Position numbers and translations under genes: made by a program
Shown here: one piece after another, positions 19,741 through 33,320 of the stretch
Position numbering within the stretch: the first letter of the stretch is position 1
How the letters are laid out: each line of letters starts with the position of its first letter
Notes under the pieces: generated by a model
The model's input: only the letters and a program-made list of their open reading frames with translations
Told to the model about the DNA's origin: nothing
The model's database searches: none
Assembly: GCF_009914755.1 (NCBI RefSeq)
Contig: NC_060942.1
Direction: 5' to 3' (one strand)
Origin: the human T2T-CHM13v2.0 reference genome, Homo sapiens
DNA length: 64,000 nucleotides

Positions 19741-20271
<531 letters not shown>

Positions 20272-20548
20272 CAACTAATCCATCTTAACTGTTGGAAACA
20301 CTTCCAAATTCCCATATTTAATAAAAATCCCCATGTCATTCTGGCTTTCAAATCATACTTTTGGGTAGCCTTCAAATTTCATCAGTCATATTGTGTTCAG
20401 GGACCTGTAAGATTGGTTCGATAGCCTGAAGGTTACAGTTTTGTCAGTGATATTATAGATGTTAGTCACTGGGTGCTGAGTGTTTTGTGTGTATTATCTT
20501 CTTATTCCTCACAGAAATTCTATGGGACAAGTTCCTCGCCCAGGATCA

Positions 20549-20819
<271 letters not shown>

Positions 20820-21334
20820 CAACCTTAAACCACCGCACTGTCTCCTCTTAAGTCAGTGCAAGTGATGCTGATTTCATTTATTTACTGTGTCTTGGAGAAT
20901 CCTCAGTGTGTCACAGAATAGGGACAAGCACAGTCCTGGCATCATTGGCTACTCTGGCTGAGGGAGAGGCAGTAGCCAGGCCTGGCCTGGCCCAGAGGGT
21001 TCCACAGGAGGGACAGTAGGATGCACAGTGCGTGATGGTCCCCTGGTTATGGTGAGACCCCTCTCTTCTGCCAGTTGTCTTGGGATGTTACTATTTTCAC
21101 TATCACTTTCTCTTGTGGGGAGAGCCTTTTCTTCCACATGCTTCAAACTTTATCTTTTTTTTTTTTTTTTGGCAAGCAAAATAAATGTCAAATAAAGGTC
21201 AGAGGCAGCCTCGAAGGGGAACACTGTCAGAAAGGGATCCCGAGGAGAGGAGGCAAGAGGGGAGGGACAAGGCCTGGTTTGGCTTAATGGACTAACAATG
21301 CCTATAAAAAACCTCTGGTCTTCATGTTTTTAAT

Positions 21335-22730
21335 GTAGACTATTTTTTAGAGCAGTTTTAGCTTCATAGGAAAATTGAGGGGCAGGTACAGAGATTTCCT
21401 ATATACCTCCTGCCCCCCACACATGCACAGCCTCCCCCACTAGAGTGGTACATTTGCTGCACTTGACGAGCGCATATTGACACATTGGGGTCCACTCTTT
21501 GTGTTGTACGTTCTATGGGTTTGGACCAATGTATCCTGGCATGCATCCACCATGATAGTCTCCTACAGGGTAGTTTCACTGCCCTACAAATCCTCTGTGC
21601 TCTACTCACCCCTTCCTCTCTCTGAACTTCTGGCAACTACTGATCTTTCTACTGTCTCCATAGTTTTTCCTGGTCCAGAATGCCATAGAGTTGGAATCAT
21701 ACATTCTATAGCCTTTTCAGATTGGCTTTGTTTACTTAGCATTATGAATCTAAGTTTCCTCCATGTCTTTTCATGGCTTGATAGCTCTTTTCTTTTTTTA
21801 TTTTTTCAGACGGAGTCTCATTCTGTCACCCAGGCTGGAGTGCAGTGGCGTGATCTTGGCTCACTGCAGGCCCCGCCTCCGGGTTCATGCCATTCTCCTG
21901 CCTCAGCCTCCCGAGTAGCTGGGACTACAGGCGCCTGCCACCATGCCCAGCAAATTTTTTGTATTTTTTTAGTAGAGACGGGGTTTCACTGTGTTAGCCA
22001 AGATGGTCTCCATCTCCTGACCTTGAGAGTCGCCCGCCTCGGCCTCCCAAAGTGCTGGGATTATAGGCGTGAGCCACCGTGCCTGGCCAGCTCTTTTCTT
22101 TTTAACACTAAATAATATTCCATTGTGTGGAGGACATGGGGGATTTGTTTATCCCTTCATTTACTGAAGGACTCTTGGCTGCTTCCAAGTTTTGGCAATT
22201 ATGACTACAGCTGCTGTAAACATCTGTGTGCAGATTTTTGTGTGGACATAAGTTTTCAACTTCTTTGGGTAAATACCAAAGAGTATGATTGCTGGATCAT
22301 ATGATAACTGTATGTTCAGTTTTGTAAGAAGTCATCAAACTGTCTTCCAAAGCAGCTGTACCCTTTTGCATTCCCACTAGCCAAGAATAAGAGTTCCTGC
22401 CACCCACCCCCATGCTCGCCAGCATTTGGTGTTGTCAGTGTTCTGGATCTGAGCCATTCTAATAGGTGTGTAGTGGTGTCTCACTGTTGCATAAATTCTC
22501 ACTTCCCTAATGACATATGATGTGGAGCATCTTTTCATATGCCTGTTTGCCATCTGGATATCTTTGGTGAGGTGTCTGTTAAGGCCTTGGGTCCATTTTT
22601 TAATCGGGTTATTTGTTTTCTTATTGTTGAGTTTTAAGAGTTCCTTGTTTATTTTGGGAAATAGTCCTTTGTCAGATGTGGCTTTTGCAGATATTTTCTT
22701 CCAGTCTGCGGCTTGTTTCTTCATTCTCTT
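21335..22730 (-). mobile_element. L1MC/L1MB-type 3' fragment including the ORF2 C-terminal region, with a nested AluY-like element at 21788-22088
   Basis: ORF 22377..22724 resembles the L1 ORF2 C-terminus (NNPIKKW...HMKRCSTS...HYTPIRMA); CpG-rich antisense Alu with TSD agctcttttctttt. Confidence 0.88.
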
Positions 22731-24130
22731 AAGCCTCGGATCTTTTTAGGCCATCTTGGGTAAGCCTCATCTGAACCATCCCTCCCCTTTTCATACTCCC
22801 TTACTAGCCACCAGCAAGGGAGAGGTCCCTGCTAACTGCAGAGGTCCCCGTTGAGTTTCTAGGCATTCAGTGGGAAGAGTTACCCTCCTGGGATACGTAT
22901 CAACTGCAGAAACCATGAGAACCATGTTGAAAAGGAGACCCACAGCACCCACCTGATTATACAGCTGCCAACATGGTGACCTATTGATGTCACCATCGCA
23001 GATCAGATGTGAGCTCTCTGATGTGAACAACTAATCTGTTCTGCAATACAGAAAGCAAATGTTAAGGAATTCTTACTTTTAGCAAGGACAGTTCAGGACT
23101 GAGGTATCTATTAGATAAGGATATTACCAACTAATTCTAAGCCTTGATCTACTCTCATGCTACATTCAACTCACAGCAGACTTGCGTGATGAGAAATGAG
23201 ACTGTGGGGTTTAATGTAGAATTATATAGATGAGTGTTGTAACCAAAGACAATCATATGATTGAGGACTTCGGCAGAGCAAACAGAAGTTGGTTAGATTT
23301 CCAGAGAAAGTGCCCTTTCAGTCTTTAAGACGCATTGAGATCCTCTAACAAGACAGGGATGGAAAGATAATACTACTCTTCAGTGTATTTCATGAATCTC
23401 TGTGTCCTTGGGAGTTCCGTGAGCACGGATATTACTTTCTGGGAGGAGGAATGCCACCATTGCACCTGTGACTGACTCTTTGCTATTTCCCTAGCATTTT
23501 CAAATCTATCATCTTGTTTGACCCTTATGCTATCCTGCTGAATATTCATGTGCTCATTTGTTCATTTATTTAACAAATGTGTATTATTAATATTTGCTTG
23601 CTCTACGCAGTTGCACACTGCCAGGCCAGCACAGCTTGATACAGATTGGGAGAGTTAGGTGGTTTGTTCCAAATTCTCACCACTAGTGAGAGCCAAGTCT
23701 CAGGACAAGACCCAAGAGCTTCTAGACTCCTATTCTCTGCCCCACATTTCTGCCCCTCCTGAATTCAGGCAGCCATTAATGCCTCCATCCCTCTAGCTAC
23801 CACTTATTCACCTCTGCTCTTCAGAGACTGAAACACCACAATGACATTGATGTCATTAGATTGCTTTCCGGTGAATCTGGATTATGACGTGCCATGGAAA
23901 AAGAAGGCTGTTTGGCAGTTTTCATCCTTGAACAGTGTCAGTCGGTAAAGGGGAAAAAAACCAATCACAGAAACCTGGCGTGCTCACGTGCAGAGCACCT
24001 GCAAGCTGGTGTTTGTGATGCAGCCAACCTGGCCTGGAGAGAGGGCTTAGTCAATTCTGTATGGAGAGTGTTGCTTCTGTTACTGTTATTATTGTAGTAG
24101 GTACTCAATCTATCTCCACTCAACCCACAG

Positions 24131-24278
24131 ATTAACCCACACCCGCCCAGGAAGCTGACTGAAGCCCATAGCACACTGATTATTCACAACTCTTGGGTCA
24201 CTCTGGAATACCCAGACCCTTCTGCTGCCACCTGCTGAATGGCCATGTTTTCTAAAGTCCATGGGTGCTCCCAGTTCT
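24131..24278 (+). other. TNFRSF11A: TNFRSF11A cassette exon 9a (148 nt, immediate in-frame stop, predicted NMD/poison exon)
   Basis: ctccactcaacccacag acceptor and TCT|GTGAGT donor 148 nt apart; spliced to exon 9 it reads G+AT TAA (523 aa). This agrees with my recollection of a reported 148-nt RANK exon 9a. Confidence 0.75.
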
Positions 24279-25277
24279 GTGAGTGTGAGCTGATCTTGTC
24301 ATTCAAAACATTAACTATTACGTTAACTGGCAAGAAAAAATGAGTTTGATAATCATGATTATTTCTATGAAAACTACTGAATACTTTGGGATGATTCGGG
24401 GAATGAATTGCTAAAACCTTTTTGGTATTGAAGTTGAGGTGAATGACACAACCGTGAAAGGTGGAAGGAAGAAAACTCTAGAAGGCTCCTGCACTTAGAC
24501 TGCTTTTTGGCAAGTGACTTTTGGTTCTCTTTCCACGTTAAAGAACCCAAAACTAGAAATTGTAGGTAAAGCATTCAAGATACAATTGGTACAATCAGTA
24601 GACCCATTCGCAAAGGACAGGCCCGTTTTCCATCAGAAAGTTGGTGTTTTGCAGCAAGGGGTGGGTGGCTTGAACATGAGGGAAACATATCACAGGATCA
24701 GTATTTTAGAAGCATAAGTGGAGAGCTTCTACAACTCAGTTTTACTGAATATTTAGTAGAGAAAATCTGATTAGCAAACACTTCTGTAATATTGAAAAAT
24801 GTCCAACTTATAAGATGTCACTTCCGAAAACGGTAGTGCTAGATTAGAGCCTCAGTGGGGAAAGTTCCCAGAGTAATGCTCCTAAGAGTTGCCCGCGCCT
24901 TCAGGACTGGTGACATAACTGACATAGCCCAGTGGAAAATGAAAAATTTTCCCCTTTTGCAAAAATTAATAAGAATTTCATGATGACAGCAAAGCATTTA
25001 ACCCAGCGTGGAGCTCTTCAGAGCATAAGACCTTGTGCGGCTGCACAGGCCCATGGCGACCACTCTGCTGCCACTTAAGAATTGCCACGTATTGTGTGAT
25101 TGGCACATCAGTATAACTTTTTTAAAAAAAGTTTAGTCTCTATCAGTTTACTATATCTCACAAGAGTCACCATGCATGGATAGACTTGACCAATGGTTGT
25201 TTTTGTCATTAATTTTAGGTTTGTTAAAGAAACACTTGAAGAATAAACTTGTTTTAGAATCTCCTAAATCTTTCTAG

Positions 25278-25609
<332 letters not shown>

Positions 25610-25679
25610 AATGGTCAGGAATTTAAAGGCCTAGTTTTTGCCCTTCCACAAGCCTCACGGCCTTCCAAAAATAATATTA

Positions 25680-25972
25680 TTTTTTTTTTTTTGAGATGGG
25701 GGTCACTCTGTCACCCAGGCTGGAGTGCAGTGGCATGATCACAGATCACTGGAGCCTCAGCATCTCTGGGCTCAGGTGATCCTCCCACCTCAGCCTCCCA
25801 AGTAGCTGTGACTACAAGCGTGTGCCACCACACCCAACTAACTTTTTTGTATTTTTCATAGAGGCAGGGTTTCACCATGTTGCCCAGGCTGGTCTCCAAC
25901 TCCTGGGCTTAAGCATTCACCCACTTCGGCCTCCCAAAATGCCAGGATTACAGGTGTCAGCCACCGCGCTTA
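25680..25972 (-). mobile_element. Alu (J-type)
   Basis: diverged antisense Alu dimer. Confidence 0.9.
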
Positions 25973-26979
25973 GTTCCCCAACAATAATATTCTTGGTTCA
26001 GTCCATGAAACAAAGGATTCTGAAATGTTTAGATATTCTACTTAGGCAAAAGGGTTTGAGGTCCATCTGAAAAAAGAAAACAAAAATGAATATAGGTCCT
26101 ATAGAATATTTAGGTTATCAGTATCAAAGATACTGTTTGCCATGGAGCAATGGCATGGAATGAAATTCTCAAGATGAAAGACTTTACACAAACCATAGGT
26201 TTTACCTGGATTCAGACTCATCAGAGGTTCTCACAAGAAAGAAGTAAACAACAATGGATTCATGATGATCTGTTGAAAAATAAAATTTAAAATGGCAGAG
26301 AAATAATATATACCATGACATAAGCAGATAAATCAGTGAGGAGGATAAAGAAGAGATGAGAACGAATTCAAAACCATAAATCCATCATACAGTGGCTGGA
26401 GATATCCTCTGTGCAGTTTTACGTGATACTGAAGAGCAACAGAACCAGCAGGCGATGATGTCGTAGTGAGAACACCTCATGATGGATGGTTTTGCATTTA
26501 ATCTCATCTCTTCTTTATTCTCTTCATAGACTTATCTGTTTGTGTCATGGTGTATATTAAAACTAGAGGAACTAGGTCAAGAATAATCATACGACTAAGC
26601 AACTTTAAATTGCTTATTTTATTAAATAAACATGGTATGTTTTTAATCAGAATAGAATTTTCATTGTATGTGCTTTTTTTAAAAAATTGAATGTCCCATT
26701 CCATGTACTTTTTAGTTTTCACTTTGACTTTTTCTATTAACCAAGTAGTGATTTCTCTAGGAGGACTTAACTGTGTTGCTACGCCTACTTCTGTTGCTGC
26801 TACGGTAGAAGCCTTTTTATCAGCCCCTGGTCAGCAGTTGCTGAGTTACTTAAAAATGTCATCTTACAAGTTCATCTCTTAAATATTTTTTTACTTAAAA
26901 CATATACCTTATAGTTGACACACTGATTATTTTATAGTATAAGTCTGTATGTACTGGCTGATTATAGTTTCCTGAGTCC

Positions 26980-27282
<303 letters not shown>

Positions 27283-28913
27283 TCCTGAGCCCTTTTTACA
27301 TTAACCACACCACCTTAATTTCCAGTTTCGATTTCTTCAATGTGAAATGAGAAATTACAGATATTTGAGAGCAAAATCCTTCTGGAGTTTTATTATTTCC
27401 TTTTCCTATTCTTTTTCTTCCTTTCTCACTTCTCTGTGGCCCTGGGAACTGTCTCATTGTCATATTTGTGTTCTAGAATATTTTGAGTGATAATGTCGGT
27501 GCTGTGTGTTTTGTTTTGGTTTTCTGCGGGGGGAGTGGAACCAGCTTGCTTCTGTGCCGCCATTTTGAAACCAGAAGTCCTTCCTTTTTCTTTCTTTTTT
27601 CTTAGTTTCCTTGCCTACACCACCACACCAGTTGAACAGTTTGTGGTGATTGTTTCATTTTGTTTGTATGTTTGTTTGTTTGTTTGTTTACTTTTATTTG
27701 GGTCCTTGCAAAGCATTCACTTTAGTTTTCATAGAAACATTTCCCATTTTTTCTCACTAATATTTCACTGCTTTACCTAATATGTAATTAAATTTCCTGA
27801 TGAGTTTATCTGGTGACAACAGACTTGAGAAGTAACTTGGTAAGTGGTGGGAGCAGAAGGGCGTAGATACAGTGGTGAGCAGACCCTCACTGGAGTACAC
27901 TGCATGCCTGGCAATGTGTGGAGAGGGGGTGGAGAAGGTGCTGGGTAGGTGGTAAACAGGAATGCCAACGGGCCTCCCTCATGCTAATTGGGGGTTCTTA
28001 GACAAGTCCTGCCACTGCCCATCTTGAAGGACATCCCACACAACTGCCCATGGGAGAAACAGCATGAGGCACAGACCTCCTTCCAGGACTTTGGATTTGT
28101 TGCTCATACTTGAAATCCTTGTGTCTTCATGGGCTTTTCCTTGTGTTTTGGTCTTGGCTTCTCTAGAGGTTACCCAGTGGGTCAGGGGAAGGCTCCTCAA
28201 AGGAATTTCCTACATGCGTATCGGTATTTTAGTCAGGCCATCCAAAACATGCCTTCCAAATTCGAGGAAAATCTCATGTGGAGTGGTAACAAAAACTTCA
28301 TTTTATTTGTATGAATTATTACTAAGCTGAGTCACAATGGAGAAGAAAAAGGGGTGAATCGTGAGGAGCCATTTTGACATTCCTGGCCCCTGATCAAATG
28401 GAAGGATTCTGTTTGTGATGCTGAGTGTTGGGGTGTTTCTAGATCTGCTTGGTTTGTGGCACTTTCCTAGACCAAAGTCTAGGAAATTTCTGTCTTTAAA
28501 ATGGAAGAATCGTAAGAGCTAGCAGGTTGCCTAACATTTGTTGGACTTTGTTTGTTTTTCAAAAGGCCCGTTGCTGAAAGACTGGCCACATCTAGTCACC
28601 CACAAAGCAATGATGCTAGAACCCCTTAGGGACAAAACACCCTTCAGAGTTCAGAAGGGAAAAGTGATTTATAGGACTTTTTTTTTCTATTTTAGTTTTG
28701 TGAATCTGTTTTGTTTCCGGGAGTAATTTTAATGTTAAGGAAGTGGATTAATCTCTACTGAAAGCTGAGCCCACGTGGCCCCATGATCCTCCAGGGCTGA
28801 GTTGTTAGGGACCATGAGGAACCAAGGCACCCAGGGTGATGGGGCCTCAGATGTGAGTCCAGAGAGGAGAGCAGACTGAGGTCTCCTTCCTTAGCTGTGC
28901 TTGTTCTGTGTTG

Positions 28914-28914
<1 letters not shown>

Positions 28915-28947
<33 letters not shown>

Positions 28948-28969
28948 TACACATACACTCTCTCTCTCT
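28915..28969. repeat. (AC)15 microsatellite with trailing imperfect AC and (CT)n
   Basis: direct reading. Confidence 0.95.
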
Positions 28970-29084
28970 TTTGTAACATCTGAATCTTGTCTGTGATTCT
29001 GTAATCTTGGTGTGCTCTCTTGCCAGTATCCCAGAGTCCCACCTCACAAGCAAATGGTAAAGCATGAGTCTGCCCCTAGGCTTG

Positions 29085-29439
29085 CTCATTTCTCATCTCT
29101 TCCTCTCCCCTCCTTTTCTGTTCCTCCTCTCCTCCTCCTCCTCTTCCTCTCCTCCTCCTTTTCCTCCCCTCCTCCTTTCCTGTTCCTCCTCTCCTCCTCC
29201 TCCTCTTCCCCTCCTTTTCCTCCCCTCCTCCTCTCCTCCTCCTCTTCCTCCCCTCCTCCTCCCCCCTTCTTGTTCCTCTCTCCTTCCTCTTCCTCCACCC
29301 TTTCTTTCCTCTCCTCCTCCTCTTCCTAGCCCTCTCCTCCCCCTTCCCCCCTCCCTCCTCCACTCCTTTTCCTCCTCTCTTCCTCTCCCCGCCTCTTCTC
29401 TTTACTTCTTTTGTCTTTTTTCTCTTCCATTCCTCTTTT

Positions 29440-29462
<23 letters not shown>
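29085..29462. repeat. CCT/CTT-rich polypyrimidine low-complexity tract, about 380 bp
   Basis: almost purine-free + strand made of imperfect (CCT)n units. Confidence 0.95.
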
Positions 29463-30125
<663 letters not shown>

Positions 30126-30333
30126 CAGATGTCTCCCCTGCCACTCCTCAAACTCGCAGCAGTAATTTGTGGCACTATGACAGCTATTTTTATGACTATC
30201 CTGTTCTGTGGGGGGGGGGTCTATGTTTTCCCCCCATATTTGTATTCCTTTTCATAACTTTTCTTGATATCTTTCCTCCCTCTTTTTTAATGTAAAGGTT
30301 TTCTCAAAAATTCTCCTAAAGGTGAGGGTCTCT

Positions 30334-30654
30334 TTCTTTTCTCTTTTCCTTTTTTTTTTCTTTTTTTGGCAACCTGGCTCTGGCCCAGGCTAGAGTGCAG
30401 TGGTGCGATTATAGCCCGGTGCAGCCTCTAACTCCTGGGCTCAAGCAATCCAAGTGATCCTCCCACCTCAACCTTCGGAGTAGCTGGGATCACAGCTGCA
30501 GGCCACGCCCAGCTTCCTCCCCCCGACTCCCCCCCCCCAGAGACACGGTCCCACCATGTTACCCAGCCTGGTCTCAAACTCCCCAGCTAAAGCAGTCCTC
30601 CAGCCTCGGCCTCCCAAAGTACTGGGATTACAGGCGTGAGCCCCCACGCTGGCC
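30334..30654 (-). mobile_element. Alu (J-type) in the 3' UTR, with the middle linker replaced by C-runs
   Basis: antisense Alu; linker reads cttcctccccccgactcccccccccc. Confidence 0.88.
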
Positions 30655-31121
30655 TGCTTTACGTATTTTCTTTTGTGCCCCTGCTCACAGTGTTTTAGAG
30701 ATGGCTTTCCCAGTGTGTGTTCATTGTAAACACTTTTGGGAAAGGGCTAAACATGTGAGGCCTGGAGATAGTTGCTAAGTTGCTAGGAACATGTGGTGGG
30801 ACTTTCATATTCTGAAAAATGTTCTATATTCTCATTTTTCTAAAAGAAAGAAAAAAGGAAACCCGATTTATTTCTCCTGAATCTTTTTAAGTTTGTGTCG
30901 TTCCTTAAGCAGAACTAAGCTCAGTATGTGACCTTACCCGCTAGGTGGTTAATTTATCCATGCTGGCAGAGGCACTCAGGTACTTGGTAAGCAAATTTCT
31001 AAAACTCCAAGTTGCTGCAGCTTGGCATTCTTCTTATTCTAGAGGTCTCTCTGGAAAAGATGGAGAAAATGAACAGGACATGGGGCTCCTGGAAAGAAAG
31101 GGCCCGGGAAGTTCAAGGAAG

Positions 31122-31127
31122 AATAAA
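31122..31127 (+). terminator. Proximal poly(A) signal AATAAA
   Basis: canonical hexamer followed about 20 nt later by CA and a U/GU-rich tract (ttttttttgtct). Confidence 0.75.
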
Positions 31128-32654
31128 GTTGAAATTTTAATTTGCATTTTTTTTGTCTAGATAAGAATAGCGTGAATAGATCCTCTTTTATTCGTAAATA
31201 ATCGTGCATCTGTGGGTTAGCCTTGTAGAAGTGGAAAACATTCCATTTTCCAATGCATTTAAATGTAAAGCCAAATCTGCATGTTGTGAATTTAAGAAAA
31301 CTTATTATCCTAAAGGTGCCTTTCTCTTGGCATCATCCCGCTTGTGAGAAGCCTAGAGGACGCTCCAGGTGGAAGGAAATCCCCTGGGTGGTTTTATCTT
31401 TTGTTACCCAGTGAGCACTGGTTCCCCGCAAATACTGGGGAAAAGCAAAAATACACAAGCAAGTTAAAATTAATTTTGCACATCTGGGAGGTTATAAAAG
31501 AAAGCACTAATAGTAGTCACTGCCCACACTTTACTGGCCACAAATGCCCAGCTGAAGAGCATGACTGTGGATCACTGGTTTTTCCCTCCTGCTGGAAATG
31601 CTGGGGTGGTAGCGGTCGATTAGGATTTTCAGTGGAGAAGCACAGGACAGTTCTGTAATTTATGGGACTCCTTAGCCAACATAAAGAACTGCAGGAAATA
31701 ACTGCACAGCCAGGAGGATCCGTTGGTGGGAATTTACCGTCATTCCTGCCCTTTTATTTAACATCATCCACAGAGAGATGTTATACAAATGGAGGAAACC
31801 ATTATACCTTTTGATATGGAATATATTACAGAGTTACAGTTCACAAAGTAGAATGCTGAGCTGAAAACCCGAGTTTCTGCTGTGACTGTCATCTCACTGA
31901 GCACTTCGCTTTTCTTTGCTTTTATTTTTTCCTTCTATAAAAAGGCAATAATGATAATTTATAATAGTTTCCCTACCCAGAGATATTAGAAGTATGCTAC
32001 AGTGAATGTTAAAGTACCTTGAGATCCTTAAATCAAAGGTGCTATATACATAAGTAAGACTCTACTTTCAGAAAAAGGTAATATTATTTCCTGCACTGAT
32101 CCCTACTAATTCTATATTGATCCAAAGGCAACTCAATGCTAAAAAATGTATAGAAAATATAAGTCTGTGTCTGTGTACTGTAGAGATGTATGTGACAAGT
32201 GTAAACAAAATGAACTGAAGCAGTAATGAACAGTTATTAGGGGGAACATGATAAAGAGATTATATTAAGCTTATGTTTCACCATAAAATCCTTTTTATGG
32301 CTTACTAAAACCGAGCTCACTGTAAAATCATGATCCAACTTATTGCTAATCTTTATGATATGCTTATTCCTAATCTTTATGGTATGGTGTCAACCGTTCA
32401 TTTGTATCTTATTGCTCATTCCCTGGACCACAGACTAGGGACAGAAAATACTTGCTTTAATAATATATATGCTGTTGATTTCACAAAAATTTCTTAAAAT
32501 ACAGCCTGGGTACCCAGTGAAAGAGCTGAAATGGAAATGGAGTATCATGTTTCCTACTCACATTTTACTCAGCTGTCGGAAGGAAGAATGAATTTCTCAA
32601 GAGCAGTTTGAATGTGTTAGATCAGAACCTTCACGTGGTGGGGAAAATGGGATT

Positions 32655-33320
32655 ATTTCAGTGTAACAAACCACCCAAAGACTTAGTGGCTTAAAATAGT
32701 CACCATTGGCCAGGCACAGCGGTTCATGCCTCCCAGTGCTTTGGGAGGCCAAGGCAGGAGGATCACTTGAGGACAGTAGTTAGAGATCAAACTGGGCAAT
32801 GGAGTGAGACCTCGTCTCTACAAAAAATACAAAACTTATCTGGGCACGGTGGTGTGCACCTGCAGTCCTGGCTACTCAGGAGGCTGAGGCAGGAGGATGC
32901 TTGAGTCCAGGAGTTCAAGGTTACTGTGAGCTTTGATTGGGTCAGTGCACTCCAGTGTAAAAAAACAAAAATAAAAACCACCACTTATTTAGCTCCCAAT
33001 TCTATGGGTTGGATCAGCTTGGGTGGTTCTTCAGGCCTGGTCCCTCCTGGCCTGGTTTGCTTACCCATTTACAATGACCCGGCTAGTTGGCCGGGCCAGG
33101 CTGTGTGCTCTCCACCTGTCTCCCATCCTTCCAGCCACCTAGCTGGGCATGCTCTCATGGTGGTGTCGAGCCTGAGAACAAGCAGAAACCTGCCAGGCTT
33201 CTTGAGGCCTAGGCTCTAACTGGCATGCTGTCACTTCTGCCACATTCTGTGGGCCAAAGCAGGTCACAAAGGCAGCCCAGATCCAAGGGATGGGGGAGCA
33301 GCATATCCCCCCATGGGAAG
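32655..33320 (-). mobile_element. Old MLT1-type (MaLR) LTR with a nested Alu
   Basis: tgtaacaaaccacccaaagacttagtggcttaaaa...tcacttctgccacattctgtgggccaaagcaggtcac. Confidence 0.65.
32708..32980 (+). mobile_element. Alu (J-type) in the distal 3' UTR
   Basis: sense Alu dimer with short A tail. Confidence 0.88.

Noticed and set aside
22377-22724. 115-aa ORF resembling a protein domain
   Set aside because: Remnant of the L1 ORF2 C-terminus in a truncated old L1
27735-27845. Possible cryptic exon ending at TTG|GTAAGT
   Set aside because: A donor-like motif alone is weak evidence; such motifs are common in long introns and there is no other support
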